DNA of 64,000 bases from Octopus vulgaris. Taxonomy: Eukaryota. The DNA lies in the NCBI GenBank assembly GCA_951406725.2, contig OX597837.1, positions 40,548,001-40,612,000 of the forward strand. The letters are read 5' to 3'. Under the pieces are notes generated by a model that made no database searches, was not told where the DNA came from, and saw only the letters and a list, made by a program, of their open reading frames with translations. Position 1 is the first letter of the stretch, and each line of letters begins with the position of its first letter. This document shows positions 45,690 to 60,796 of the stretch, piece after piece. The translations under genes were made by a program, and so were the position numbers.

Positions 45690-46095
45690 GTGGCTAAACA
45701 TCGAGGGGACAAACAAGGATAAAGAAAGGGATTAAGTTGATTACATCGACCCCAGTGCGTAACTGGTACTTATTTAGTCGACCCCGATAGGATGAACAGC
45801 AGAACTCAGAACGTAAAGACAGACGCAATACCGCTAAGCATTTTGCCCGCGTGCTAAAGGTTTCCTACTTCTTTATTACCCATAAGGGGGGTAAACATAG
45901 AGGGGACAAACAATGACAGACAAACGGATTAAGTCGATTACATCGACCCCAGTGCGTAACAGATACTTAATTTATCGACCCCGAAAGGATGAAAGGCAAA
46001 GTCGACCTCGGCGGAATTTGAACTCAGAACGTAACGGCAGACGATATACCGCTAAGCATTTCGCCCGGCGTGCTAACGTTTCTGCCAGCTCACCG
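45690..46095 (-). mobile_element. SINE group B tandem pair
   Basis: Two consecutive copies of the core and tail. Confidence 0.8.
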
Positions 46096-46117
46096 AATTA
46101 TGTATCCATATGTATCC

Positions 46118-46148
<31 letters not shown>

Positions 46149-46595
46149 TGTATGTATGTATGTATGTATGTGTGTATGTATATATGTAGATACGTGTATG
46201 CGTGGCTGTCTTCACATGTTTACGGAAATATTTTAAGCCACTTTAAGAAAAGAAATTTACGATCTTTGCTTTTAGTAGGCACCGAAGTTAGTGCTACAAG
46301 TTTACGATGCTGGGGATTTTACAAAAGAGTATAAAAACTATCGAAGCTAAGCAACAGGGTTTGCGATGGAATAACTTACACTTTACTAACAATTCCTCAT
46401 CATTTTTGCTTTCGTTTATTTTTTGCCATTACTCCATTTAGTCTGTCACTATTATTGCTTCTACAATTTTTATTTTCTACTTTATTGTTCATTACATTAC
46501 ATCTTTATATAAAAGAAAGATCTAGAACATTTCAATCAATGATTTGACGAGTTCTACATCAGAACGAAAGACAACGGCAGCTCTATAGGATCTAT

Positions 46596-46718
<123 letters not shown>

Positions 46719-46791
46719 GGTCCCGGGTTGGTTCGGGGTTAACCACAGTAAATAAGGTACTCAATACATAGCAGAGTAAAATTAATTTAAT

Positions 46792-46844
46792 GAGCTTCCT
46801 GAAGATTTCTCTTGAATGAAACAGTTCTAGTCCTGTAGAAGCTC
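46792..46844 (+). ncRNA. Type I hammerhead motif with looped stem III (family 6)
   Basis: GAGCTTC-CTGAAGA-TTTC tctt GAAT-GAAA-CAG ttctagtc CTG-TA-GAAGCTC. Perfect 7-bp stem I and a GUA triplet; U-U at the base of stem II. Confidence 0.8.
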
Positions 46845-46853
46845 CTTCTATAT

Positions 46854-46899
<46 letters not shown>

Positions 46900-46907
46900 G
46901 TTTGTCT

Positions 46908-46983
<76 letters not shown>

Positions 46984-47626
46984 TTATTTATCTACCTGTT
47001 TGTCTTTATCTATCTATCTATGTATCTATCTATCTATTTATCTGTGTATGGATTTTCAGACCTGACGTTTCGCAGTGTTCTTGAGCAAAACACTTCATTT
47101 CACGTTGTTCTGCAAGCATCTCCTCATCTTTCCATGTGGCAGGTCGTGCCTCTGTACACCTGTTGTCGTTTTAATGAAGAGAATGAGCTTACGTGAACCA
47201 ACATTTGATCACTATCAGCAAATCGACCGTGGGGTTGTCCAGCAAGAACTTGCAGCATTCTCATGCGTCGTCTGACAACGGCAAAGTTTGTGATGTGTTC
47301 GTGTTTCTGTCTGTGTGTATAAGTGTCTGTGTGTGAGAGAGAGCGAGAGAGAGAGAGAGAAGTCTAACTGCCGGAATCTGCGTTGGTGTATTCACGTATG
47401 TTTGTCTCTTCTGTTAAACGTTCTTATAACCCATGCGTGTATTAATTAATGTAAACAATTAATGCTGAATGCAATTAAGTAACCAGAAGAAATTAAATAT
47501 TAAGAAGAAAGTGATGCCGTCATTCTCCTAATAAATGCGGAAAGATAATACTGTTGTCGTTGTTATATATTATCATCATCGTCATCATCATCATCATCAT
47601 CATTTATCACCATCACCATCATCATT

Positions 47627-47679
<53 letters not shown>

Positions 47680-47687
47680 TTATCACC

Positions 47688-47719
<32 letters not shown>

Positions 47720-47727
47720 TTATCACC

Positions 47728-47759
<32 letters not shown>

Positions 47760-47804
47760 CATCACCACCACCACCACCACCACGGCCACCATCACCACCA
47801 CCAT

Positions 47805-47864
<60 letters not shown>

Positions 47865-47904
47865 CATCACCACCACCACCACCACCACCACCACCACCAC
47901 CACC

Positions 47905-47963
<59 letters not shown>

Positions 47964-48220
47964 TACAGTATAGCGATGTCTCATTTTAGGTGTATCAAAC
48001 CTAGAGTGTCATTAACTAGTGTCTTAGAACCGTAGAAACTAAACTGTGATTATTACATCTAACAATAAACCAGTAATAGGAGTATCCTATGTGCTCGATA
48101 TCATTTACTGCTTCGTGAGAGTATTAATGGTGTTACTCTGACTCTTGTGGACTCTCCAGTCGCAAATACCAGATTATGGCTCCGCTAACTTTGCTGAACG
48201 ACCTGTGCACATGATTTGAG

Positions 48221-48440
48221 TATTTGGGTGCCGAAAAGTTCCTGGCTTTGGGTAAAAGAAAATACAGGAGGATCAGTTAATTATGATTTTATCCAGCCTC
48301 AGATTCCCCTCTCAGCTTCACACACTTATTGCAACAGCCCTTCAGTTTTCGTAAGCCCTGGAAAAAGGACTCGAGTGGTTGGGCCTCCAACCAGGCATTT
48401 CGCGATTCCCTTTAAGCCAGGAACTTCAACACAACCTCGT
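48221..48440 (-). mobile_element. Mariner-derived MITE
   Basis: Imperfect TIRs AAGTTCCTGGCTT / AAGCCAGGAACTT. The reverse strand encodes [20 protein letters not shown], resembling the mariner transposase C-terminus. Confidence 0.75.
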
Positions 48441-48545
48441 GTATGTATATATATATATATATATATATATACTCACATACATATATATATACATACATAT
48501 ATATGTGTGCATATATGTGTGCATATATATGTATGTATATATATG

Positions 48546-48590
<45 letters not shown>

Positions 48591-48776
48591 ATATATATAT
48601 TTACGTATGTAGATACACATATATATATATGTATACATATATATATATATACATATATATACATACATATATATATATATATACATACATACATATATAT
48701 ACTTATATATATACATACATACATATATATACATATATATACATACATACATATATATATTAACCCTTTATTATAA

Positions 48777-48819
<43 letters not shown>

Positions 48820-49419
48820 CACCTGAGTACACCCCTTCCATCAACTCGACACTCCTTTACAGGTGCACGAGGTGTGCCACACATCAGATGAAGTGTTTTG
48901 CTCCAGCGCACAAAACATCGGCCAGTCCTGGAGTCGAAACCGTTATCGTAAGACCGTGAGGCCAACACTGTAATCACTAGGACATGTGACTTTACAGTGA
49001 TTCTAATGCTTCAAATAACAACGTTTATGTTGAGATTTGTTGTTGGGTAGACGAGAGTAACACCCGAGAAGCAGGTTTATGACAAGTGGGTAGAATAATC
49101 AACGATTAGGTATGAATCAGAACCAGTACTCCGAGTATACCATGCTATATGCGTGCTAATTTGAGGATGATACAATACACTTTTAAGCGCGCAAGTGTTG
49201 ATAGCCGGAGTGGGATGGGTTGGTTGGGCACGGCTGTTAAGGCGCTCGCGATTTGTAATGGCTGACTGGGTATTGAACCTATTTCAGTGATGGGTCATTT
49301 TGGCACTGGAGGCAAACACACCCACGTAAACAAATACACATACACACGCGCGTGTGGGCACAGAAACAAACACACACACACGCATGCACATATACGCGCG
49401 TTCACACACACATAGATAA

Positions 49420-49471
<52 letters not shown>

Positions 49472-50051
49472 GCAAAGATACAGGCAGACAAAAAGTTAAG
49501 CATATAGACAAGCAAACAAAGCGAGAGTAAGAGAGAGAGGCGGCATTACAATTTATTAATTGAAACCAATTGACATAAACGTTTTCCCTCTCCTTAAAAG
49601 GAAGCAAAATATGCTTCCCCCCCTCTCTCTCTCTCCCTCTATATTTTTCTCTCTATTTCCCGCTTTGTGTGCCTGTGTGAGTGTGTGAGTATGGGAGAGA
49701 GAGGGGGGATTGGTTGATTATATTTACTGCTGTTCATCAGCAGCGGAGACAGGTATACAATCGCCATTGTCCACTACTTTTCGCATGTTTATTTAGGACC
49801 CTGCTGCATATTCTGGCTTAGAATGGTTGATCTATTGTCTCTGTATTGTCCTCTCTGCTGTAATCTGACCGTTTAAACGTGTAATCTCTTTACTGTCCAG
49901 TAAGTTCTTGTATGTCTCTTAACGACCACTCTTTACATTCAAACACAAAGTGGTTGATTGGTTAATTGTAGCCATTGTAGACTGGCTAACTGGACATGTT
50001 GTATCCCCATCTCTCTCTCTGTCTGTCTGTCTGTCTGTCTCTCCCTCTGTA

Positions 50052-50470
50052 TGAGTGGCTGTGTGGTAAGTATGGCGCAGGAGTGGATGTGTGCAATGTA
50101 GCTTGCTTACCAGTGACATGGTTCCGGGCACCTTGAGCAAGTGTCTTCTACTATAGCCTCGGACCGACCAAACCGTTGTGAGTAGATTTGGTAGACGGAA
50201 ACTGAAAAGAAGCCCGTTGTATATGTGTACATATATATATATTTATATGTGTCTTTTTGTGTGTGTGATTGTTCCCCCAACATCGCTTGACAACCGATGT
50301 TGGTGTGTTTAAGACCTCGTAACTTAGCAGTTCGGAAAAAGAGATCGATAGAATAAGTACTAGGCTTACAAAGAATAAATCCTGGGGTTGATTTGCTCGC
50401 CTAAAGGCGGTGCTCCAGCATGGCCGCAGTCAAATGACTGAAACAAGTAAAAGAGTAAAAGAGTAAAGAG
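50052..50470 (+). mobile_element. SINE group A, full length with duplicated head
   Basis: GAGTGG(C/A)TGTGTG occurs twice, followed by body and tail. Confidence 0.85.
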
Positions 50471-50507
50471 TATATGCGTGTATATTCTTATATATATATA
50501 TATATCG

Positions 50508-50540
<33 letters not shown>

Positions 50541-51152
50541 GAACAAACACATACACACACTAATTCGAGAGTTTGAGCAAATTATTGACGCCAGTACTTT
50601 TTTTGCTCTAAGCCTGTTACTTATGGTATCGGTGCGTGCTTGCCGAACCGCTATGTTACGGTGACACCAGCAAACCAACATCGGAAGTCAAACGATGGTA
50701 GGAAACAAATACAAACTCAAAGACACATGCACGTACATATACACACACACACACATACATACATGCATACATACATACATACATTCATACATACATACAT
50801 ACATGCATACATACATACATACATACATACATACATACATACATACATGATATGGATGTGAATTTTGCTCTATGGAAGTTTATGAGATTTTTCAGTATAG
50901 AAACAAGAACCTGATTAATAACAGATTAGAGCTAAGGGTATCATGCCTGCACAGCATCACCTGCACATTTAAGTATTTTCGAAACTAAGAATTATAGTTA
51001 TCATACCTGAACTTTGATGTTGGGAATTAATTATCCTCTATAACTTACCCTCTAGCGTAAAATAAATAAAATTTTATAGGATATTATGTTAAATGCTAGA
51101 TTATATTGTACTGCATATGTTATATGCTATGTGTTGTGTTATATGGTGTGTT

Positions 51153-51380
51153 ATTCTTTTACTTGTTTCAGTCATTTGGCTGCGGTCATGCTGGAGCACC
51201 GCCTTTAGTCGAGCAAATCGACCCCAAGTACTTATTCTATCAGTCTCTGTTCGGCAAAAAGAAACCGATAGAATAAGTACTAGGCTTCTAAAGAATAAGT
51301 CCTGGGGTCGATTTGCTCGACTAAAGGCGCTGCTCCAGCATGGCCACAGTCAAATGCCTGAAACAAGTAAAAGAGTAAAG
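51153..51380. repeat. Palindrome made of two opposed SINE A tails
   Basis: A minus-strand tail (51153-51247) runs directly into a plus-strand tail (51250-51380). Confidence 0.9.
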
Positions 51381-51422
51381 AGAGTATATGTATACATGCA
51401 TATATGCACATATGTGTATCTC

Positions 51423-51799
51423 TCTATATATAAACGGCAGTTTGTCTGTGCGTGTTTCTGTGTGTCTGTTTGCTTGTACCCTCACCCTGACCACGGCTTT
51501 CAATTGATTCTGATGAAACTTGACACACACATAGCCCAATGTCATAATTCAAAACTAACGCAGCGAAAATTTTGAAAAGTTCCCCCAGTTCTGAAAAAAA
51601 TCGATAAATTCGACATGGGGTCGAGAATCAGAAACACAAACCGCAAACTGTCTAGGGGACGCAACTCCACCTTTTTTAACTAAAAAAAATTTACCATCAT
51701 TTTTTTCCATTTTTTTGCTATTTTTTGGCTATAACTCTCTAAAAATGCTTTATAGTTATTTCCCTTACAAACCTGAGCAACGCCGGGCGATACTGCTAG
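51423..51799 (+). mobile_element. Non-autonomous Helitron
   Basis: 5' TCTATATATAAA, a GTCT/GTGT tract, and a 3' hairpin CCTGAGC aac GCCGGG followed by CTAG then T. A second copy lies at 8293-8672. Confidence 0.8.
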
Positions 51800-52174
51800 T
51801 GTGTGTATAAAACCCCGCTTTGTATATGTATCTGTATGCATTATTTTTTACACTTTATACATTCTTATAGCAGTACATAGTTTCGAGTATATTTTATAGT
51901 TTAGATTCCATACTTTATATTTAATTATGTCTATGTATTACCATTATCTTATAATACCGCTTCTGATTCAATGCTTCCAATCAATACACAGTATGTAAAC
52001 CTTTCCAGATGTTCCATATGTAAGTGGGTTGAGCAGTCGTTATAGAAACCACCTAATAATTAATTAATTAAGTAAGTAAAAGAAGAGGTATTACACTGAT
52101 TCTACATAATAGTAATTTTCCTTGTAATGTTTATAATTGATACATACAAACCTATTAGCTGTTTTAGTTATACA

Positions 52175-52573
52175 CTTTTACTCTTTTACTTGTTTCAGTC
52201 ATTTGACTGCGGCCATGCTGGAGCACCGCCTTTAATCGAGCAACTCGACCCCGGAACTTATTCTTTTTTGTAAGCCCAGTACTTATTCTATCGGTCTCTT
52301 TTGCCGAACCGCTAAGTAACGGGGGACATAAACACACCAGCATCGGTTGTCAAGCAATGCTAGGGGAACAAACACAGACACACAAACACACACACGCATA
52401 TATATATATATATATATATATATACGACGGGCTTCTTTCAGTTTCCGTCTACCAAATCCACTCACAAGGCTTTGGTCAGCCCGAGGCTATAGTAGAAGAC
52501 ACTTGCCCAAGGTGCCACGCAGTGGGACTGAACCCGGAACCATGTGGTTGGTAAACAAGCTACTTACCACACA
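52175..52573 (-). mobile_element. SINE group A, near full length
   Basis: High-identity reverse copy. Confidence 0.9.
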
Positions 52574-53999
52574 GTTATGATATCAATTTTTATAATTCTT
52601 AAATTTTATTTCGTTTTTACAACATAACAATATTGTTTATAAACGTTGCCCCATTGCGCCCCTAATGATATTTTCCCTGTATCAGCATTTGAATTTTCTT
52701 AGTGCTATGACCCTTTAACTGATAATTAACATCATGATTTAACGTTTAACCCTGCCCTGTCTCTTTTTCATAGAAAGTTACTTCTAGCTAATTGACTCTT
52801 CCCAAAGTTTTGTTTCTATTCTCTTGGTTACCATTGATAATATTTACGACCAATAGCTAGCCATGATCTGTCAACACACTCTTTTCTTTATTCTAAATAT
52901 ACACATTCTTCTAGTCTCAGATTAGTAGATGACAAAGAGATAAATAAATTGAAAATGAATTACAAGCCTATGACCCCACTACGCTCCATGCTATTCTAAA
53001 AAATTGTATTCTGTTTTTCTTAGCCCCTTTTTACTACAATAGCAACAACATGAATTTCTTCCATTTTCTTACTCCGTTAAAATATTTAAGAAAAATTGTC
53101 CTACTTGGATTACCATATTTCAGGTGGTCTTCTTTTTTTATATTTAACATGAAGGTGGAGTGTGTTTGAGGGATATCCGGCTGCTGTTACTAGCATGTCA
53201 AGCAACCATGTTAAATGAGAGTAAAATAATATGCCAAATATTTTGCTCAGAGAAAACTTACCGCCACACCCAGCGAGAGATAGCTTTGGATTAGGTTATC
53301 TTCGACATATATAAAGAGAAAGATCGGGTGAGATGGTCATGGCTGGACATTCTTAGTACTTTCATGCGTTGCGCGATCATCAGGTTGATGTAGTAGTAAT
53401 GCCAGTCGTGGAGGCACATGGCCTAGTGGTTAGAGCAGCGGACTCGCGGTCGATGAATCCCAAGTTCTAATAAAAGAGCTTCTAGGTGATCAAACACCCT
53501 GCTAGAAACAGAAGCGAAACTACCCTCAAATCCAGTGACAACTTGGATTATGTAGTCCTCGACATATATACAGATAAAAATGGGCTGAAATGTTCATGCC
53601 TCGAAATCCTTTTATTATCGGTTTGTTTGATCAGGTTTGAGCGTGAACTAAACAGCAACTGCATCCACAAGATAAATATATTGTGGCGAGCACTAAAAAC
53701 AATATCGGTCTTACCTAATACAACATGTACGTTGGTATGTAATTTATCAGAATGCCAATATTATCTTTAGGCTATGTAAACTCTAGAGTAATTGCATCTA
53801 TATGATGGTGATACAATCTCAGAATTATGTAGAACACAATACCAGTAATGATGATGGTGATGATGATGATGATGAGAATGATGATGAGGAGGAGAAAGGG
53901 GATAATGACAATTATTATTACACTACTACCGCTATTACTACTGCTGCTACTACTACTACCACTATAACAATAATAATAAAAATAATAATAATAATTATA

Positions 54000-54046
<47 letters not shown>

Positions 54047-54174
54047 AATAATAATGATGATAATAATAATAAGAATGATAATGATGATAGTAATGTGAAC
54101 ATTCCTTAGAGTTTATACAGGCATATGTGCATGTATACATGCATCTATCTATTTATCTATCTAACTCTAACTAA

Positions 54175-54250
<76 letters not shown>

Positions 54251-54339
54251 CTATCTATCTATCTATCTATTTATCTATTAGTCTCAGGCAATGTCCAACG
54301 AATCTTGCTCTTTCTCGGAGCTCTTTCCAATGACGTTGT

Positions 54340-54541
54340 CTCGAGATGTATGCAAGGAATATTCTTCAATTTTCCCTTTGTATATCGAGTCAAATGCCCT
54401 AGAAAAATCAACAGATGGGAGGAGTGCTTTCAGTTTCCTTGCACGAACCCCTTCAATAACTCTTCAGATTGTAAGAATCGGGACGAATGCTGATCGTTTT
54501 CTGCGGAAGCCATTCTGGCTTTTCCTCAAGAATTTTTCTAT
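54340..54541 (-). pseudogene. RTE-type non-LTR reverse transcriptase fragment
   Basis: The reverse strand translates IEKFLRKSQNGFRRKRS...ILTI*RVIEGVRARKLKALLPSVDFSRAFDSIYKGKI. This contains the QxGFR and (F)VDFSxAFDS RT motifs with an in-frame stop. Confidence 0.85.
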
Positions 54542-54647
54542 GGAAAACCAGTAGAAGTAGTGTTGCTACACTTATTGTGGTTATGTTTACGCCCCGGCAC
54601 ATTAAATTATATGCATACATAAATACAATCATACATACATACATATA

Positions 54648-54894
<247 letters not shown>

Positions 54895-55290
54895 ATATTC
54901 ACACACATACATACACACTCGAACACTGCACACTCCTACAATGTGTGTGTGAGTGTGCCTTGTGCGTGTGTGTGCATGTGTGTCAGAGAGAAATGGAGGG
55001 AGAGAGAAATGCTTGTGCCAATGTTACTGTAATTAGCTATGATCGAATTAACAAGGGGAAGCAACTAAGAGTGTAAATGGCTGAATGCCAGTCTCGGAGG
55101 TTTCCCTGCGGAACCGACATTCATCAGTTTCCAGAAGTCAGGAATTTCGTTTCCTATTCCCTCGTATCAATTATTGAACTATTTGCTTGTCACTTAAGTA
55201 CCACGTTATTAATATTCATACGCAGACACATACACGTGCCGCTCTGTTCGCGTATATGTGTGTGTGTGTGAGTGTTTATATGTGTATGTT

Positions 55291-55352
<62 letters not shown>

Positions 55353-55733
55353 ATGCACATGTACATTCGTATATGTACAACATGCATATATATGCATATA
55401 TATATATATATATGTATGCATGTTCATATACGTATATATATATATATATATGTGCGTGTGTGTATGATATGTGTGTAGGTGTGTAAATGTATGTATTTAT
55501 GTAGGCATATATATTTATATATATACACATATGAATGTATGTATGTAGACATATATTTATATGTATGTATCTATATATCTTTATATATATATGTATATAT
55601 AAATATATATATATACATATTCATATACATATATATAAATATATATATAAATACATATTCATATATATATATACATACATACATATATAATATATACATA
55701 CATACATATATATATATACATATATATATATAC

Positions 55734-55815
<82 letters not shown>

Positions 55816-56948
55816 GCATTTTACTCTACCACGGCGCAAACACTACCAACAATACGTGACGCTCTTGGTTACGTACGGCAATCTAAATGTCATCTCTGAT
55901 AACGAAGATCAACTTTGATTGCATATCTCTAGATATTATTGCAAATCTCGAGAACTCTATCTCACAACTGAACTATACAAACTCGTTAATGTGTTGACAA
56001 ATTGATGCACTGATAATGAGGATCATTTATGGCCCACGAGCGTAGTTAACTCTCTCTCTCTCTCTCTCACTTTTGCTATTTATATTTATCTTTCTCTCTC
56101 TCTCATTTCCACTCACTTCGCTTCCCTCTCTCCCCTATGCTCACTCTCCCCTACGCTCTCTCTCCCCTTCTTTTTGCTTGTCTCTGTCCCTTTGTCTCTC
56201 TCTCTGTCTTTTTATCTATGTCTCTGTTTGACTCTCTTTCTCTCCCTCTGTTTCTTTGTCTGTCTCTCTCTATATATAGATGTCTTTCTCTCTCGTTCGC
56301 GATACCCTTAAAGGCAGGAACTTTTAAAAACCCCAACTTTTGTGCGCGCGCACGTTGTGTGTCTATTAATCAATGGAATTCCAACCTAGTCTCATTTTCA
56401 CATTTTATTATTTATAATTCTTATAATTTTACAATATCATAACAATAGAATATACATTTATAGTGATAAAACTAGTACTTTCATGTGTTACGCAATCTTC
56501 AGGTTTATGTAGTCGTTAGTAATAGTGAAAGTACGAGTTTCATCACAATAAATATAGAATACTTCAATTTTATAATATTGTAAAACTGTAAATATTATAA
56601 ATAATAAAATGGGAAAATAATATATTCTTCTATACACAAAGAACTCGGAAATTCTTCTATACACAAAGAACTCGGAAGGTTGGGCCTCCACTCAGGCATT
56701 TCGCGGCACCCTTAAAACCAGAAAATTTTTTAGCAACCCCTCGTAATTTGGCCTAGTCAAAGATTTATATATATATTATGATGGCGAAAGACACTGATAT
56801 CAGCAACAGCAAAAACGAATGTTAAATGTTAGACACATACAATGATGAATGCCTACACACACATACACAAAAGCATATACACAAAGACACATACACGTCC
56901 ACATATACACACACCAACACACTCGCGCAGGCTCGCATGCACACTCAA

Positions 56949-56989
<41 letters not shown>

Positions 56990-56990
56990 C

Positions 56991-57052
<62 letters not shown>

Positions 57053-57371
57053 CCTCACTGACAGACAGAAAGACAAACAGACGGACAGTGAGATAGGAGA
57101 CAGATATACTATGTTCGAAAGAGACAGAGAATAATAATAAACAGGTGAAACTAAAGCAAAATTATTCAATTATTATTTATTTTAAGGTAATTGGCACTAA
57201 ACCTAATTTTTAATTCCCAAAGATTCTAAAAGAGCAAAATCGATTGACACAGATTGATAAGTACATCACTAATTCGATTAGAAATCGAATTATTTTTGGC
57301 ATGATCTATTTACACTCGTTGGGATAAAAAGAAAGCAGTTTCATCTCTTGGTTACTCTTTTACGTCAGGAC

Positions 57372-57448
<77 letters not shown>

Positions 57449-57570
57449 TTTTTTTTCTTCTTTCAAATTTGCTTCCATTTCTTGCCGAGTGTCTTCCCGA
57501 CTCCTAGGGCAGAGAAACTCATAGTATACATTGGTAGGCCATTAAACTAAACTCAGTAGTTCGTTCATTT
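57449..57570 (-). mobile_element. Probable Dong-like 3' UTR fragment in a (TAA)n array
   Basis: Reverse strand CCCTAGGAGTCGGGAAGACACTCGG... then an A-rich end into (TAA)n. The assignment is from context only. Confidence 0.35.
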
Positions 57571-57605
57571 TTATATTTTTTTATTTAAAAAAAAATTTTT
57601 TAAAG

Positions 57606-57683
<78 letters not shown>

Positions 57684-57819
57684 TAGCAGATGTAACGGAG
57701 TATCTGAAGGTCCGAGAGTTTTGAGTAGTTGCTAACGCTCAAGACTCCAGGATTTTGAGTCACTCTGCTAGATATTAATAAAAAATATACTTATTCTTCT
57801 ATCGTTCCATCAACATACC

Positions 57820-58030
57820 TAAACACAGTCCAGCCTTTGCCATGATAGATCGCTAGCCACTAAACCTATTTTCTATTTTCTCTCTTTGTTTATTTCTGTG
57901 TTCCTTTCTGTCGAAGAGCGTAGGCTCGAAACGTAAAAGACTTTTCATCTCACTTCCCGAGCGTTAAATTTATATATCTGTTTGTTGTTAACACACCTGT
58001 CTTCGTCTTTTATTTTTTTTAAATTCTCAT
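57820..58030 (+). mobile_element. Penelope pLTR-like element, family 1b
   Basis: Matches 30788-30990(-) (CATGATAGATCGCTAGCCAC; CACCTGTCTTCGTCTTTT). The 3' end abuts (TA)n. Confidence 0.65.
57903..57940 (+). ncRNA. Hammerhead motif variant (family 1b; A6 to U)
   Basis: CCTTT-CTGTCGA-A-GAGC gtag GCTC-GAAA-CG-TA-AAAG. Confidence 0.65.
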
Positions 58031-58066
58031 TATATATATATATATATATGTACACACACACATATG

Positions 58067-58109
<43 letters not shown>

Positions 58110-59294
58110 TAGATAGATATATAGAATATATATATATACATATGAATATATATATACATACATACACGCACACATATATATATATATATATATATAAACA
58201 CACACATATATATATACATATTTCATTTACATATACATATATACATACATATATAATACATATGTATATATATACATGTGTGTGAGTGTATATATACATA
58301 CACAGACATTCATATACACATTTTTCTGTGTGTATGTCTCTTGTTTGTCCCGAACCCACCGCATGATAGCCTGTGCGGTGTTGTTTTATTTACATCCCCG
58401 TCGCCTAGATGTTCGTCCCAAAATACCGCTAAATAAGTAGCAGATATTACAAAAAAAACCGGGCTCTACTTGCTCGACAAAAATCCTTGCAGGACTGTGC
58501 TCCAGTATGGCCGCAGTCAAATTACTAAAAGAAATGACAAGACAAAAGAAGAAAAAAACTACAAAACAAAATAAAACACAAGTACTCCAACAAACTTTTC
58601 GTTTATGTGTGTGTGTATGTTTATATTTGTGTGCGTACGTGTATGAATCTGTGTGTTAAATATGGCGGCTGTATCAAAGCCACTAAACGCAACAGCGTTC
58701 GTTTAACGGATACTGCGACAAAACCTCATCAAAACAAAATTATGTGGCAATATTTTATGAACTCGGCAGACGTCGCTTGATGCTAAACACCAATTAATTT
58801 TATGGCTACAGTCACAGTATTACAAAGATAATCCAGGCATAATAGGTGCTTCTATGGTATTTGGATAACAAAAGGTTAGCGAGTGATGGCTGCAGCGGAA
58901 TGGTAACAATGGTAGCGTTTGCGGTGGTAGTGGTGGTGGTGGTGGACATCTGATTTACAGGACGAACGGCGACGTCCATTGGTTCTCGCCATAGTCATGA
59001 AACATTGCATTGCGTTCACTGGGCTAAACTGTATTTGTGGGCCTTCAGTTACAAACACTTTACATAGGAAACGCATTCGCTGTTATACAGGACTTACCGA
59101 AGTTCTCTATATGCTGTGAGTGCGCGCGCCTATATGTGTACATATATATATATATATATTAAAAATATATATAAAAATACAAAATGGGACAAGAACGCAA
59201 AACATTCAAATAGACGACACAAAAAAACCGACGAGTCATTCGAAGCTTCTAATCTTCAGTCAAGAATTGGATCATTCTCTTAATTTCGGCTGAT

Positions 59295-59336
<42 letters not shown>

Positions 59337-59337
59337 T

Positions 59338-59469
<132 letters not shown>

Positions 59470-59476
59470 CTATATG

Positions 59477-59536
<60 letters not shown>

Positions 59537-59539
59537 TGT

Positions 59540-59741
59540 GAAGGCACATGGCTCAGTGGTTAGCGCGTCGAGCATACGATCGTGAAGTTGTGAGTTCGAA
59601 TCCCGGACCGGGCTGCGTGTTGTGTTCTTGAGCAAGACACTTTATTTACACGTTGCTCCAGTTCACTCAGCTGTAGAGTTGCGACGTCACAGGTGCCAAG
59701 CTGTATCGGCCCCTTTGCTTTCCCTTGCATAACATCGGTGG

Positions 59742-59742
<1 letters not shown>
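59540..59742 (+). mobile_element. SINE group D, 3'-truncated (decayed relatives at about 24530-24645, 32300-32440, 47060-47110, 48885-48990)
   Basis: GAAGGCACATGGCTCAGTGGTTAG...GAGTTCGAATCCCGG...CTTGAGCAAGACACTTT. Confidence 0.85.
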
Positions 59743-59818
<76 letters not shown>

Positions 59819-59821
59819 ATA

Positions 59822-60170
59822 GGCACAGGAGTGGCTGTGTGAAGTAGCTTGCTAACCAACCACATGGTTCCTGGTTCAGTCCCACTGCGTGGCATCTTGG
59901 GCAAGTGTCTTCTGCTATAGCCCCGGGCCGACCAATGCCTTGTGAGTGGATTTGGTAGACGAAAACTGAAAGAAGCCTGTCGTATATATGTATATATATA
60001 TATATATGTATGTGTGTGTTTGTCCCCCTAGCATTGCTTGATAACCGATGATGTTGTGTTTACGTCCCCGTCACCTAGCGGTTCGGTAAAAGATACCGAT
60101 AGAATAAGTACTGGGCTTACAAATAATACGTCCCGGGGTCGATTTGCTCGACTAAAAGCGGTGCTCCAGA
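59822..60170 (+). mobile_element. SINE group A
   Basis: Head, internal microsatellite and 3' half up to GCTCCAG. Confidence 0.85.
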
Positions 60171-60472
60171 CAAAGACAGTGGAATAATGAAATAATGGCC
60201 AGATGGAAGATACACACAAAGAAAATGTTTGACAGTAATAGTGTGTGATAACACTGCTGGAAGCTTAAAAGATTTCGCAGAAAAATATATATTTATAAAT
60301 CAAGCGCAGAGACAATTCGTCTGTCAAGTCAAATATTTCATACCGCCAAACTGATGGTTCGTGAATCTTAAACAGCTGCTCGTCTCTCATAAAACCCAGC
60401 AATACCTTACAAAAAACATCATTGCTTGTATTCATGGTATCTGCATGTGTATATATAAAGATTTATATATGT

Positions 60473-60530
<58 letters not shown>

Positions 60531-60642
60531 ATATATATATATATATAAACATATATATACATATATATATATACATATATATATATATACACATATATAT
60601 ACATATATATATACATATATATATATATACACATATATATAC

Positions 60643-60715
<73 letters not shown>

Positions 60716-60758
60716 CATATATATATACATATATATATATACACACAAACACACACAC

Positions 60759-60796
<38 letters not shown>

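Noticed and set aside
51510-51522. CTGATGAAAC in the Helitron
   Set aside because: The two boxes overlap with no stem II. It is part of the Helitron body.
55085-55135. Reverse-strand CTGATGA...GAAA
   Set aside because: Stems I and III do not pair and there is no suitable NUH, so it is probably chance.
56624-56677. 27-bp tandem duplication (also a 25-bp pair at about 24215-24268)
   Set aside because: Only two units, consistent with ordinary slippage or repair duplication.
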